Shown here one piece after another: positions 1 through 12,320 of a stretch of 64,000 nucleotides of DNA. The position numbers were made by a program, and so were the translations under genes. Numbering within the stretch: position 1 is the first letter of the stretch; every line of letters starts with the position of its first letter. The DNA comes from Octopus vulgaris (taxonomy: Eukaryota), in NCBI GenBank assembly GCA_951406725.2, contig OX597814.1, forward strand, positions 189,720,001 to 189,784,000, written 5' to 3'. Below the pieces are notes generated by a model. That model searched no databases, was not told where the DNA came from, and saw only the letters and a program-made list of their open reading frames with translations.

Positions 1-2
1 AT

Positions 3-683
3 ATAGCAGAAAAAATGCGAGAACTATGGATCAGAGATATCTCAAAAGAAGAAAGCAGATCAAGAAAGTTTTGGCAGCGGAAACAATTATTTCTCGACAA
101 ATATGCTACAAATTACGGTAAAGACACCAGAACTCCGAGAAATAGCATTAAAAGTGGACAACCTCACCAACGCAACATACACCAGAACACGTGGCAACAT
201 GAACACCCGTTTCACCACGAATCGAAGACGAACTACGGTAAGAACTCTTCCCATTTTGTATGCAAACACCCTAATGCACACAACATGAACAAAAAGCACA
301 AACAAAATAGATATTGTTTTGTACAGACCATTAGCAGTAGAAATAACAGGAGATCATTTTCAAGACCTCAACAGAGATTACCCACAAGAAACTGGACAAA
401 AAACCGATCTAGATCTAGAAGTAAACCCAGATCATTTCTCCAGGTGGTTAAAAACAATGCTAACAAGAAATTGAAAAGTAGCATACATAATACCAAAAAC
501 AAGACAGAAAACATAACGAAACCAAGTAAAGTACCACAACCAAAACGCAAAATTCATCAAGCAAACATCAACAGGAATATAAATCATAACCAGAAAAAAA
601 TCCATTTTTTTACGTCAGGACAACAAACACCGGAGAAAGAAAAAATCCAAGAGGAAACATACCCCAAACAACTGAACGTATAG
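3..683 (+). CDS. Upstream basic Asn/Arg/Lys-rich ORF of the Penelope-like element (open at the window edge)
   Basis: 222+ codons open from the window start, with the same A-rich strand bias as the RT ORF. It overlaps the RT frame over 590-683, and the RT frame is -1 relative to it. Confidence 0.6.
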   Translation: MAEKMRELWIRDISKEESRSRKFWQRKQLFLDKYATNYGKDTRTPRNSIKSGQPHQRNIHQNTWQHEHPFHHESKTNYGKNSSHFVCKHPNAHNMNKKHKQNRYCFVQTISSRNNRRSFSRPQQRLPTRNWTKNRSRSRSKPRSFLQVVKNNANKKLKSSIHNTKNKTENITKPSKVPQPKRKIHQANINRNINHNQKKIHFFTSGQQTPEKEKIQEETYPKQLNV

Positions 684-2512
684 ATCCTAAAATAATTAAT
701 TTATCAAAAAGAGATCTTGACAATGATGAAATCCAACTTCTGTCAAAAGGACTGAAATTCACACCTACACCAACAGCCAACCACCAAGAATTAAAGGAGG
801 ATATCCAAAAATTCTGTCGAAAATTACGACTTGTAGAATTCTTCGCTAACAAAAGTAATGAGATTGATGAATCCCTAGTAAGGAATAAATCAAATTTCAC
901 CCCACCAAAAGGAAGAAATAACTACCTTGACCAATACATTGATATCCTGTCTAAATTTCCCCTTAGACGCAATACCAATGTTAGGCCAAACATTAGCAAA
1001 TCAGAGATGTCTGCATGTAAACGTATACAAAACGATCAAACAATAATAATTAAACAAGCAGATAAAGGTGGTGCAATTGTTATTATGGATACCGAATACT
1101 ATAAGGATTTGGTTGAAGACCAACTGAAGGATACAACCTTCTATTGTGAAATACCCGCAAATATAGACCACCACATCATGAAAAAGATCAACAACCTGAT
1201 TTCAACACACCACAACTCACTTACGGATAATGAAAAAGACTACATCACCAATTTTGAACCAAAACCCAGCAACTTCTACGGCTTACCAAAAATACACAAA
1301 TCAAAAAACATTCAACAGGCAGTAAAAGAACAAGAAAGTGAGTACATAAAATTATTACATCCAAAAGACCTAAAACTTAGACCTATTATAGCTGGTCCAG
1401 CATGCCCTACACACCGTCTAAGCAATTTTATTGACATTGTTTTGAAACCACTATGTACTTACATACCAAGTTTCATCAGGGATGACATCGACTTCCTGTC
1501 CCATCTTCCCAAAACAACAGAAACAAATTCAGTTTTGCTAAGTTTTGATGTGGTAAGCCTCTACACCAATATTCCACACGATTTAGGAATAAAGGCGATT
1601 AAATACTGGTTAGAAAAACATAGAGAAGTGATTCCCAGCAGATTCACAGTGCCATTTATATTAGACACAGTCAAACTTATTCTAGAAAATAACACATTCT
1701 TCTTCAATGGAAAGAATTACATCCAAATTAGAGGCACGGCGATGGGAACGAGGTTTGCTCCTGTTTACGCCAACTCTGTAATGGGATACTTAGAAGAACA
1801 ACTCTACCAAGAGGTGGAGGTAAACTATGGCACTGGATTTAGAAAGTATATTGAAAAGGCATGGAAGAGATACCTAGACGACTGTTTCATAATCTGGACA
1901 GAATCTCTAAATACTCTGGAAGAGTTCAATATCCTCCTGAACAATCTACACCCATCTCTCAAATTTACAAAGGAGATGAGTAGTACCAAATTACCATTCC
2001 TGGATATAATGGTAATTAAAAAAGACACCACCATCACCACAGATATATACTATAAACACACAGACACACATCAATACCTAAATTTTAAGTCGTGCCATCC
2101 ACCACATACAAAACGTAACATCCCATACTGCCTAGCCAGAAGAATTTGTACTATTGTAGAAGATGCAAATATCAGGAACAAACGCCTAATAGAACTAAGA
2201 GAATTTTTGCTCAAACAAAAATACCCATCTCTACTTATAGAAAATGGCATACAGCGGGCTATAAAAATACCTATACAACAACTTAGGACGACCCAAGGAA
2301 GAGGAAAACAAGAACAAGTCATACCATTCATAGTGACACACAACCCATGTCACCAGAATATCTTCAACATTGCCAAAGCAAACCTTCCAATCATTGCCCA
2401 AAGTAATGAATTAAAAGACATAATCAAGGATCGAGCTATGGTGCTTAGTAAAAGACAGCCTAAAAACTTGAAAACATTACTAACAAAGGCAAAATTATAC
2501 ACATATATATGA
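590..2512 (+). CDS. Penelope-like element reverse transcriptase (probably Neptune-type), 3'-truncated before the GIY-YIG endonuclease
   Basis: The frame of ORF 1007..2512 is open from 590 (TAA at 587-589). It encodes the PLE N-terminal motif KIINLSKRDL...LLSKGLKFTPTP, then IKQADKGGAIVIMD, FYGLPKIHK, LRPIIAG, SFDVVSLYTNI, GTAMGTRFAPVYAN, RYLDDCF, LPFLD and YLNFKSCHPPHTKRNIPY. It ends at RQPKNLKTLLTKAKL in a TA/CA tract. Confidence 0.93.
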   Translation, partial: PEKNPFFYVRTTNTGERKNPRGNIPQTTERIDPKIINLSKRDLDNDEIQLLSKGLKFTPTPTANHQELKEDIQKFCRKLRLVEFFANKSNEIDESLVRNKSNFTPPKGRNNYLDQYIDILSKFPLRRNTNVRPNISKSEMSACKRIQNDQTIIIKQADKGGAIVIMDTEYYKDLVEDQLKDTTFYCEIPANIDHHIMKKINNLISTHHNSLTDNEKDYITNFEPKPSNFYGLPKIHKSKNIQQAVKEQESEYIKLLHPKDLKLRPIIAGPACPTHRLSNFIDIVLKPLCTYIPSFIRDDIDFLSHLPKTTETNSVLLSFDVVSLYTNIPHDLGIKAIKYWLEKHREVIPSRFTVPFILDTVKLILENNTFFFNGKNYIQIRGTAMGTRFAPVYANSVMGYLEEQLYQEVEVNYGTGFRKYIEKAWKRYLDDCFIIWTESLNTLEEFNILLNNLHPSLKFTKEMSSTKLPFLDIMVIKKDTTITTDIYYKHTDTHQYLNFKSCHPPHTKRNIPYCLARRICTIVEDANIRNKRLIELREFLLKQKYPSLLIENGIQRAIKIPIQQLRTTQGRGKQEQVIPFIVTHNPCHQNIFNIAKANLPIIAQSNELKDIIKDRAMVLSKRQPKNLKTLLTKAKLYTYI

Positions 2513-2607
2513 AATTAAATAAGGGTAGAAATTGGCCTAGCAAATTTTAAAAAATCCGAAGATTAAAATTGTTTTTACATACAAAATTTAGAGAACTGAC
2601 CACTATA
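2513..2607 (-). mobile_element. Short PLE-type terminal fragment between TA tracts
   Basis: TAAGGGTAGAAATT...GACCACTATAT resembles TAAGGGTGAGAGAATT...GGTCACTATAT at 54257-54402 and TAGGGTAAAATT at 30840. Confidence 0.45.
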
Positions 2608-2999
2608 TAAATATATATTCACACACAGATACTCGGACTAAATTTAAGATGTAGCGTAAGAGGAAAAGAAAAATCGAAAAGCATTAACTTCATTATGGCT
2701 GAGAGATAACAGCTAACTGAAAGTAACTGGCCCTATTGCCACTACGGCAGACGCATGCGTCTCCCTACTGTTTCCCTGCGAATAGCTTCGAGCACATTTT
2801 TGATCTTGGTCAGTAATATCTCAGAAACAGCGGTAAGACTTCAGATTAACATTACCCTAATTAAATTTTAATAAATGACTTGAGATACCCGTTCTGCCTC
2901 TGTTTTGAGTCCTGTTCCTCTAAGGTAACCGAAGTTTCGGGCTTTAATAACTATCAATAAATGTGATAAGATATGAAAATTTATATCATTACAAAAGCT

Positions 3000-4188
3000 T
3001 AGAGTGTCTTCTTTCTGTTTCAGATTAAATAGATTCAGATCTATATATTAGACAATGGCTATAGGTGGAAACATAATCAAAATCCTCTACAAAGGAGGTG
3101 AAATATATACAGCTATAGTAAAAATGCTCGAAATTAACCGAGCAACAGTCTGAAAAGTTGTGAAGAATTTTCAAGAGACTGGTTCCACCGTTGATCGACT
3201 TGGAAGTGGCCAAAACAGAAGTGTGCGGACCCCTCATCTTTACAAAAGTACCAGAGAAAAGATACGGTGAAATCTTTGTCGTTCCGTCAGAAAACTGGCT
3301 GCACAGCAAAAATAAACCGAACATCGATGTATCGAGTGCTGAAGGAGGATCTCAAGACCCACCTCTACAAGATGTTCTGCCGTCATGCGCTCACACAAGT
3401 TTGTAGTGTCATGAGACTGGAGAGAAGTCGTCTTATCCTTTGTCAGATTTCTGAAAGCACGCAGGCCAGTCTGATGTTCAATGATGAAAAGGAATTTGAC
3501 ATCGAACAGACAGTAAACCACCAGAATGACCGTCTTTGGAGTGTACCCAGCTTCGTCGAGGTTAGACTCGTAAATCGACGTCAAAATCCACAGTCAATTA
3601 TGCTTTGGGCGGCTGTGACAACCACTGGAAGGTCTCCTCCTTTATGTGCCATTAGGTGTTAAAATTAACACACAGTGATACATGAGCGACATTCTAGAAG
3701 CTGAACTGCTTCCATGCACGAATGAGTACGTTCAAGGCTCACCTTGGAGCCTCCAACATGATTCGACACCATCCCACAGCACAAAACAGACACAACCCTG
3801 GATTCAGAAAAAAAATCCCGTCGTTCACAGGAAAAGTATGTATGATCCCAAGAAGCCCCGATCTCAACTCCTTTGGATTTTTCTATTTGGTCCATTTCGG
3901 AGACGAGGCTCTCGAGCTCTCTTCATTCGTCGATCGACGCTCTGAAGGCAAAACTGTGCCAGGAATGGGCTTCGATTCCGCAAGAAGAGCTCCGTGCTGC
4001 GTGTGAATCATTCGCACTTTCACTTATGGCTGGGATTTGAAACAGAGGTAGTTATATCGAATAAATATGGTAGTGTCATTATTGTGCTTCCTTTGCCATT
4101 GCATTATAACGCTCGGACCCGAAATAAAACAATATTTTGCCTTGGCAAAATTTTAAAAAGTTGATTACCTTAATTTTGGGACATCTTG
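3000..4188 (+). mobile_element. Degenerate Tc1/mariner-superfamily transposon (transposase pseudogene)
   Basis: Frameshifted motifs MFNDEKEFDIEQTVNHQNDRLWS, IMLWAAVTTTGRSPP, SLQHDSTPSH and PRSPDLN. It ends in TIR-like TTTTGGGACATCTTG followed by TA. Confidence 0.85.
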
Positions 4189-4223
4189 TATGTGTGCTTA
4201 TATATATATATATATATATATAT

Positions 4224-4330
4224 AATGGTTGTATACTGTCAACTTAACGTGACAGTAGGGGATTACACCACCACTGTTTAGCCCTAGGAAGCATCGACGC
4301 CTCTTGTCGGCTTCGACACACTTACTGTGT

Positions 4331-4334
<4 letters not shown>
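4224..4334 (+). repeat. Short non-coding insert between two (TA)n tracts with a terminal hairpin (probable retroelement 3' end)
   Basis: Flanked by (TA)n on both sides. The hairpin GACACA-CTTAC-TGTGTC lies immediately before the right TA tract. Confidence 0.35.
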
Positions 4335-4380
<46 letters not shown>

Positions 4381-5208
4381 ATGTATATATATATACCAAA
4401 TTTGTTTAGACTTTGAGTATGCAAATTAACCTTCTGTTCCATTATGTCGGCCACCTTCTAATGATACTGACTAGTGAGTCAGCTTTCCGAGCATCAAGCT
4501 ATATATGTGTATCAAGCTATATACATAAATATTTATATATATTTTCTTTTTTCTTTTTTTCAAAGACGAATGCAGCCTTCCACATTTCCAAAGCCAGTAT
4601 TTGCACAATGCTATTTATGGATTTATCTGTTTCGAGATCCACCTTTCAGCCAAAATATTGTATCGAGGTTTCTAAATTCTTAAAGCGTTAAAAAGATACA
4701 CACATATATACATACACACAGACGCACAAATACATGCACACGCACACGCGCGCGCACACATACATACATATACATATATATATACATACATGCGCATATA
4801 CCCACATACATACTTGTATGTACTTTTAAATTGAGAATAATGATTATATCAGTGGCTAGTGTATGTATGTATGCATAGTAAATAGAAATGACGTACAAAA
4901 CACGTGAACACGTTCATCTCTCATCACAAAAGCATCACAGTTTCGACACTTTATGGATAATATTGTTCAATTTGCTGTAGTCAACTGCAAAAAGCTCTTA
5001 CCCGTACATATGCGTATATATATTTATATGTTTGTGAGTATGTGTGTGTGTGTATACACATACATACATTTATTATATGTATATACATATATGTACGTAT
5101 ATATATATACGTACGTACGTATATGTGCGCGCACAATATATATATATTATTCATATTGACTTATGTATGTTATATTTATTGTACATTATATTATTCTATA
5201 TACGAGCG

Positions 5209-5291
<83 letters not shown>

Positions 5292-5941
5292 AACCGTTCT
5301 CGCAAACTCTGGGAAATAAATTTGCTAGTGGGATGGAATCTTTATATGAAACATATTATATAGAGGATAATGAATTCGAATTTAATGAAGTTTAGTAAAA
5401 AAAAACGTTTATTCTACAATGCGTAAAATCATTATCTACATAATGATGCACTATAGTATAATCATTAGATAGTATACAAGATACTGGGGAGCGCGTTATC
5501 TCAACATTACGATTGGCTCACCATGCCCTACTTGGAGGCGATCGTTAGCTCCATTGGCCCACGATTTTACGATTCATATTAAAGCATGGGATAATCATGG
5601 GATATTGATAAAACGGCTCGTTGAAATACAGGTTCAGAATCAAATAATCTGAGCTATTCTGGATGCTCCGCTATCCATCGCTAAATTAAGAACCCTTTCT
5701 ACTATAGCTGCAACGCCTGAAATTTTGGTAGGTAGGTAAGTCGATTACATTGACACGACTACTCGACTGGTACTTATTTTATCGGCCCCGAAAGGATAAT
5801 GCTAAAAGTCGACATCAGCGAGGTTTGAATTATGAACGTGAAAATGTACAAAATATGAGAACATGCCATCCTCATCAAAGAATCATCACAGTTTCGACGC
5901 TTTTTTGGATAATAATGTCATCTGCATCGTTAAATTGATCC

Positions 5942-6142
5942 ATTCTTCTATAGGCACAAGGTCTGAAATTTTGGTAGAGGGGACTAGTCGATTATATCGA
6001 CTCCAGTACGCAACTGGTACTTATTTTATCAACTGAGAGAAGATGAAAAGCAAAGTCAGCCTCAGAACTCAGAACATAATGACTGACGGAATGCTGCCAA
6101 ACATTTTGTTCGGCGAACTATTGGTTATGCCAGCTCGCCGCC
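5942..6142 (-). mobile_element. tRNA-derived SINE family A (Nin-domain-like), older tail variant
   Basis: Minus strand reads GGCGGCGAGCTGGCA...GTTCTGAG...TTTCATC...GTACCAGTT...GTCGAT. A more decayed partial copy lies at ~5695-5840. Confidence 0.75.
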
Positions 6143-6424
6143 TGCGTCAATACATTAATAATAAGCATGATTTCTAATAAAGTTTTGGAGGAGTGTCAAA
6201 AAAGGCAAATTCATTGAAATATGAGCTCATATATTAAAATGTCACAGCATTTGAAATTATAGATGTGATTATTACAGACGTGAGGAATAGTACAAAACAG
6301 TTCTTTACACAAAATTGAATGCACAAACATACGCATACATTATCACATTCCAACACCATAGTCAAATATCAGACCTTGTTTGACCATACCCTTGCACCAA
6401 TGCAACAATATGCCCCAATATGAT

Positions 6425-6455
<31 letters not shown>

Positions 6456-6650
6456 GGGGGAAGAGAGAGAGAGGGGGAAGAGAGAGAGAGGGGCAGAGAG
6501 AGAGGGAGAGAGAGGGAGAGAGAGATGGATGGATAGTTATAGATGTAGATACATATGTACATACACACATAGATATACACACACTCACATGCATATCAAT
6601 ACATAAACGTGATATGTGTGTGTGTGTTTGTATGTATATATATATATATA

Positions 6651-7349
6651 CACAAGGGTTGGACAAAATAATGGAAACACCTTAAAATTTCAAACAAATT
6701 TATTTTAATATGGAGTAAGACCCCCTCTGGCAGTAATTACAGCTTGAATTCTATGAAGTATGGACTCGTAAGTCTGAATTGTGCCCAAGGGATTTTTGTC
6801 CATTCTTCATCTAAAACAGACACCAGTTCTGGTAGTGATGATGGTGGAGGATATCCGGTTCTGTGCAGCTCCCGGCGAACAGTTTTTGTGGAAACTGGGG
6901 TCTCAAGGTGGTTATTAAGCTCTGCAATAATTTTGAGAGCTGTACTGTTGTAATCCTTTTTAACAATTCGTGTAGGAGTCCGACGGTCCCTATTTGAAAG
7001 TTTTGCTCTTCTTCCGCAGTTTAGTTTCGACGAGGAGGTTTTTACCTCTTTTTCAAACGCTCTCATTACTTTCGAGACGTTTCGGCTGTTTTCGTTATCC
7101 TAGCGCCTACCATACGAGCACCAACAATTTGACCTCTTTGAAAGTCCGATAGATCTGTCATTTTAATAAATTTTAATTAGCTTTTTCTTATGACATCTGA
7201 AAAGAAACAGCAATTTTCGCAAAACATATAAAGCAACACTAATAATAAATCCAAAAACATAAAAATAAACAAGATTTTGGCGGTTTTATAGCTACTTCAA
7301 AATTATAATTCTATGATGCTAGGTGCTTCCATTATTTTGTCCAACACCT
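6651..7349 (-). mobile_element. Internally deleted Tc1-like transposon with TIRs
   Basis: TIRs GGGTTGGACAAAATAATGGAAACACCT / AGGTGCTTCCATTATTTTGTCCAACACC. Minus-strand Tc1 HTH remnant NCGRRAKLSNRDRR...PVSTKTVRRELHRTGY is fused to the C-terminal ELVSVLDEEWTKIP. Confidence 0.88.
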
Positions 7350-7361
7350 CTCTCTCCCCCC

Positions 7362-7393
<32 letters not shown>

Positions 7394-7394
<1 letters not shown>

Positions 7395-7605
7395 CGAGCA
7401 AAACGCCCCCTCCCGTCCAATGAACGATGATGAGTTGTCAAACATTTAAACCAAATCGCATTCTCACCTGGAATCGATTTTTGTAATTTTTTCAAGACTT
7501 ATACACGCCCTGATATTGTCGGTATCTACATATCAAATTTGAGCGCAATCGGATGGAGGATGCCCAAGATTCTAGAAGACACACACACACAGACAGAACG
7601 GATTT

Positions 7606-7612
<7 letters not shown>
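7394..7612 (+). mobile_element. Non-autonomous Helitron/Helentron-like repeat
   Basis: CAAATTTGAGCGCAATCGG...ACACAGACAGA...TTTTATATTATATA resembles the architecture of non-autonomous rolling-circle elements. A similar piece lies at 44590-44750. Confidence 0.45.
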
Positions 7613-7657
<45 letters not shown>

Positions 7658-7678
7658 AGATAGATAGATAGAGATAGT

Positions 7679-7709
<31 letters not shown>

Positions 7710-7769
7710 TTGTTTGTATCTCTGTGGCCTTAAGGCACTCTTCTAACGCCAGCTCAAAACTTTACTCGT

Positions 7770-8164
7770 CCTGTCGAAAAGACGCTTGTCCTTGACGTCC
7801 TGGTTTTGTTGTTATTATTATCATTATTGTATTTATGTATTTTTGTATTCTTATTCGTGCTATCATTATTGTTTTTACGTATTTTTGTATTTTTATTCGT
7901 GTAACATCGTCCGTTTCCGTCCTTGTTTTGTATACATTCGAGGCTTTCTTCCAAGGAATCTAATGCGCTTGGCTTAGATTTTTCTTTGGGGCTGCCCAGG
8001 TCGGAGCAATCTCAAGATTAATCAGCCGAAATTGCGAAGATGAACCGGTTCTTGACTGAAGATTGAAGGCTTCGAATGTCCCGTCCGTGTTTTTTTTTGT
8101 TTTTTTCTGTGTCGTCTCCTAAATGTTTCACGTTCTTGTCCCAGTTTGTATATTTTTTTACTTT

Positions 8165-8165
<1 letters not shown>
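7770..8165 (+). repeat. Dispersed TA-associated repeat family (other copies at 13170-13275 +, 36178-36408 -, ~34700 -)
   Basis: Shared TTCTTCCAAGGAATCTAATGC...GAGCAATCTCAAG...CGAAATTGCGA...CTGAAGA...TTCGAATG between copies. Confidence 0.7.
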
Positions 8166-8203
<38 letters not shown>

Positions 8204-8767
8204 GTGTACACACACACATATATATACATGCACAAGATATACAGTATCGGACTTAGACATACAAACTTTTATTCTTGTCGGTTTCTTCTATATAACTCCC
8301 CCATATGTGTGTTTGTGCGAGTGTGCTAGTGTGTATTCCTGTTCAAAATTTCCGATACCATGATGAAATGATGAAATTTAGTAATTTTTTAAAAACATTT
8401 CGATATGAAAATATAAGCTAATTACCTACTTGATATTTGCGGGTAACAAATTTAATTAACTTGCATTAGGCATGATGATATATAAATAATGAAATATCAT
8501 TTCTAAATTTTCGTCTTTTATATGACATTTACGATAAAGCAAACTACATAAATTTATGAAATAGTCGTTTAAAGAACAGGCACGAATTAGTATTTTAGAT
8601 GGCAATTGACTCAAGGTCAAGAAGATATCAACTTATTTGAACCTGTCTTTTGCTGTGCAGAATACCTTGTCTGGATTTCGTCGGGTATGAGAACAGGTAT
8701 TAGTAGGTACAACAGGCAGTTCTCGTGCCATAAATTTGAAAACTCCTTGTTACATACATACATACCT

Positions 8768-8997
8768 GTTTCTTTATTACCCACAAGGGGCTAAACATAG
8801 GGGGGACAAACAGGGACAGACAAACGGATTAAGTCGATTACATCGACCCCAGTGCGTAACTGGTACTTAATTTATCGATCCCGAAAGGATGAAAGGCAAA
8901 GTTGACCTCGGCGGAATTTGAACTCAGAACGTAACGGCAAACGAAATACGGCTACGCATTTCGCCCGGCGTGCTAACGGTTCTGCCAGCTCGCCGCC
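8768..8997 (-). mobile_element. tRNA-derived SINE family A, full length
   Basis: Head GGCGGCGAGCTGGCAGAACCGTTAGCACGCC, B-box GAGTTCAAATTCC, central CTTTCATCCTTTCGGGATCGATAAATTAAGTACCAG, tail TTTAGCCCCTTGTGGGTAATAAAGAAAC. Confidence 0.9.
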
Positions 8998-9084
8998 TTA
9001 TACGTACATACTTACCTCACACACACACACGTACACACACACACACACACACATACGCACACACATATACACACACACATACAT

Positions 9085-9205
9085 CTTTTATCTTGTTTCA
9101 GTCATTAGACTGCGACTATACTGGAGCACTGCAAAGGGGAATTTTTTAGTCGAACGAATCGACGCCAGCGCTTAATTTTTTAAGCCTGATAACCGAACCG
9201 CTAAG
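9085..9205 (-). mobile_element. SINE family B 3' fragment
   Basis: TTGTTTCAGTCATTAGACTGCG...CTGGAGCAC...GAACCGCTAAG matches the family B tail. Confidence 0.7.
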
Positions 9206-9582
9206 TTTGTCTTCACGATACGTAGTAAATCACAAGGGGTATAGGCAAACTGGTCCGGGCAGAAGTTCTTTCCATTTGGAAAGAATTAGGTCTATACCCT
9301 GCTCAACAGTATGTCTCAGCTTCTTCAGGAACTTCGCCATTGTTAAGCGTCCTCGTCTCGCATTGACTGTCAGAATTTGTCACTTGTGTCCCGTGTGTAC
9401 TCATATACATCCATATACGTACTAACGCTCGGACACGTACACACGCGGGCGCGCACACGCACACATATACCCATATATATATATAACGGGAAAGTTTACG
9501 AAAATAAACAAAAGGCGTAGGCAGGTGGAGTACAAACAAACAAATGTATTAGTATAGCGCTCAGGAATAGTAATAGAAAAAG

Positions 9583-9620
9583 TCTTTTACGTTTCGAGCC
9601 TACGCTCTTCGACAGAAAGA
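9583..9620 (-). ncRNA. Minimal type I hammerhead-like motif (variant core) in a TA-flanked repeat (~9485-9690)
   Basis: Minus strand UCUUU-CUGUCGA-A-GAGC GUAG GCUC-GAAAC-GUA-AAAGA. Stem I is UCUUU/AAAGA and stem II is GAGC/GCUC. Confidence 0.55.
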
Positions 9621-10486
9621 TACACAGAAAAAACTAGGAGAGAAACAAGGATAGAAAATATGCGTGTAGGAGCTAACGATCTATCATGGCGTCCTTATGA
9701 TATATATATATATATATATATGCATACATACACAAATATACATGCATACATACATACATACATACATACAGGTTTATGTCGTTTCGATTTAAGTAGTTTT
9801 CGATTATACGCCGGTATTCAAAAATAATATATGGAAAAATAGTAATCAATTTAAATCATTTTACTCGACTTTACGTCTGTCCGCCACAAATACTGTAATC
9901 GTAAAATCACCAGAAAACCGCTAAAAGCACATAAATGCATGTTACTGTACAATAAATAAAAACATATAAAGTCATATGAAAATACGTACAGTAAATGTTA
10001 AGATACACACCATAAAGTAGGTTAGCTTAGAGAACGAAATCATGAAATCACGAAATCACCAAATTGTATGTACGTATTGGTAAATTTAAAGTAATTAATT
10101 TTTTTACTATTGAGAAATAATATTTATTTAATTTGTATTTTAGCTTGAAAAAGGTTTTTATTTAACCATGTCTTATTCCAAACTGCATTCATAAATAAAG
10201 CGTCCGCATTGCGCGGTAAAACAGCCAAATTATATTCGTAAATTTAGATTAATTTTCTTTTTACTGTACTGTATCTATAAATAAAAATTATTTGTTTGTA
10301 AGCTTAAAATAGATTTTTATTACACATGTGTTATGGAAAATGCATTCAATAAATACAGTACAGAACTGGGAATGGTTATTAGCCTAGAGACAAGTAAATT
10401 CAGCCTAGTCTAGCCTAGAGACAAGTTAATTCGACTTGTCGTGTCTTCGGGAAACAATTAACGACGTAGGGTGGGGTATGCCTGTG

Positions 10487-10543
<57 letters not shown>

Positions 10544-10684
10544 GCACACATACACAGATATGCACTCGCAGTCATATACATACGCACACACAAATATATG
10601 TAAATACATACTTACGCACGTATATACATATACAGATGCGCAAGAGTGCATAAATCTATATACCCATATATATGTATATATAAC

Positions 10685-11090
10685 TTTGATAACTTAGATG
10701 TTTCGACCAAAGATTAGTCCAGGTCATGTCTAACTTAATACCACCACCTGATAGGATTAGCTAAATCCTTTTGAAGTCAAGGTTTGTGGTATTATGGTCC
10801 ATTCGAGTAGGGAGTTCTTGTTGAATGAGTTGTATCCAAGTATATGTATTTTATCCGGTATTCCTTGAAGGTTTAAAGGTGATGGGTTCCTTTTCTCTTT
10901 GATCTGTTTTTGGATAATGTTAAATAGGGCAGAGCCCGCCGAGGAAAAGAAATTGTGTTGCAGTGTATTTATGTTGTGATCCTGAATAGGGTCGGGAATG
11001 TATGACCCGTGGCCCTAGCCTTGGGGAAATTTTGAAGTTAATGTTGAAGTCCTTTGAGAGATGCTGGTGGTGTATTCTCCACATATTATT
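10685..11090 (-). mobile_element. Degenerate LINE (CR1/L2-like) 3' fragment
   Basis: Minus-strand remnants IWRIHHQH, INFKISPRLGPR and FLSSAGSALFNII resemble post-RT C-termini. It ends at a TA tract. Confidence 0.45.
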
Positions 11091-11992
11091 GAAAGATTAA
11101 ATATAAAACATATAACGATGATTAAGTAATGTGCAAAATAATAAATAAAACGTATATATTTGGTAGAATAACGACACGTGTTTCGTAGCTATATTTAAGG
11201 TATGATAATAGTAAAAATAATAGTAGTAGTAGTAAAATCACTTCAATATAAATATAGTCACTCTTCAGGTTAAAGATAACAACAATAATAAAATAATTAA
11301 TTAGATAAATTAATAAACATACGTAAATAATCTTGTAAAATACGAAATATTTTAACAAATATATTCTTGTTTAAAAAATAAGATGCAATTAATTAAAATA
11401 TTTTATATATATATATATGGCGGTGCCCCAGCATGGCCACAGCTCATAAGCTGAAACTGGAATCAATCAATCAATCAATATAAGATACAAAATATACATT
11501 AAGGGAAAACTAAATACAACACTTTAAACTATATACATTAAATCAAATTATTAATATATTTATTTAATAAACATCCAAATAAAGTCTAATACCTATTAAG
11601 CAATTTATACTAAAAACCTTAATGTTAGGTAATATACACAATGCTAGTACAAGCCATAAATTCTGAAATTAAAAATAGGAAATGTTTCAAATATACACAT
11701 ACCCATTATATAAACTAACAATATTATTAATATATATGTAGTATCTATAGATTTAATATTTCACTCAATAATATAAATGACCAAAATATCAATTAATATG
11801 AAACTAATTTACTTAAATGTAATACTACGTAATAAATATACCACCTAATTATTAAATAATGTATTGTCTAACAAACCTAATTTTCAAATTAGATTATATG
11901 TAATACGTTAAATCCCTTTATAAAAATAATAATAAAGCATACTAAATAAATAGATATCATAACTAATAACTATGAAGAAACTATATATAAAA

Positions 11993-12009
11993 ATAATAAT
12001 AACAACAAC

Positions 12010-12072
<63 letters not shown>

Positions 12073-12216
12073 CAAACCCAATATAATTCAAAAGCCAAAT
12101 AATATCGATAAACAAAAAGCGTTACTTAATCAATATTATTTGGTTTTGTGAAATTTGTGAAATTTGATTCAGTAAAATTGAATTTTTCCCTGTAAGTTTG
12201 GAATAATATTCCCTCA

Positions 12217-12270
<54 letters not shown>
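11993..12270. repeat. (AAT)n and (ATT)n tracts flanking a ~145-bp insert
   Basis: (AAT)n at ~11993-12072, unique core, then (ATT)n at ~12217-12270. Confidence 0.85.
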
Positions 12271-12272
<2 letters not shown>

Positions 12273-12320
12273 GCTGTAAGGACTACAGAGAAAGATTGGG
12301 TTTTTAGCCTTATAACCCTA

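Noticed and set aside
4905-4965. TGATGA/GAAAC motif pair (also ~5870-5915) as a permuted hammerhead
   Set aside because: The core lacks C3 and no stem I can be formed.
8050-8090. CTGAAGA...TTCGAATG motif (also 13200, 34700, 36270) as a hammerhead
   Set aside because: GAAT replaces GAAA and there is no stem I complementarity. Treated as a repeat family only.
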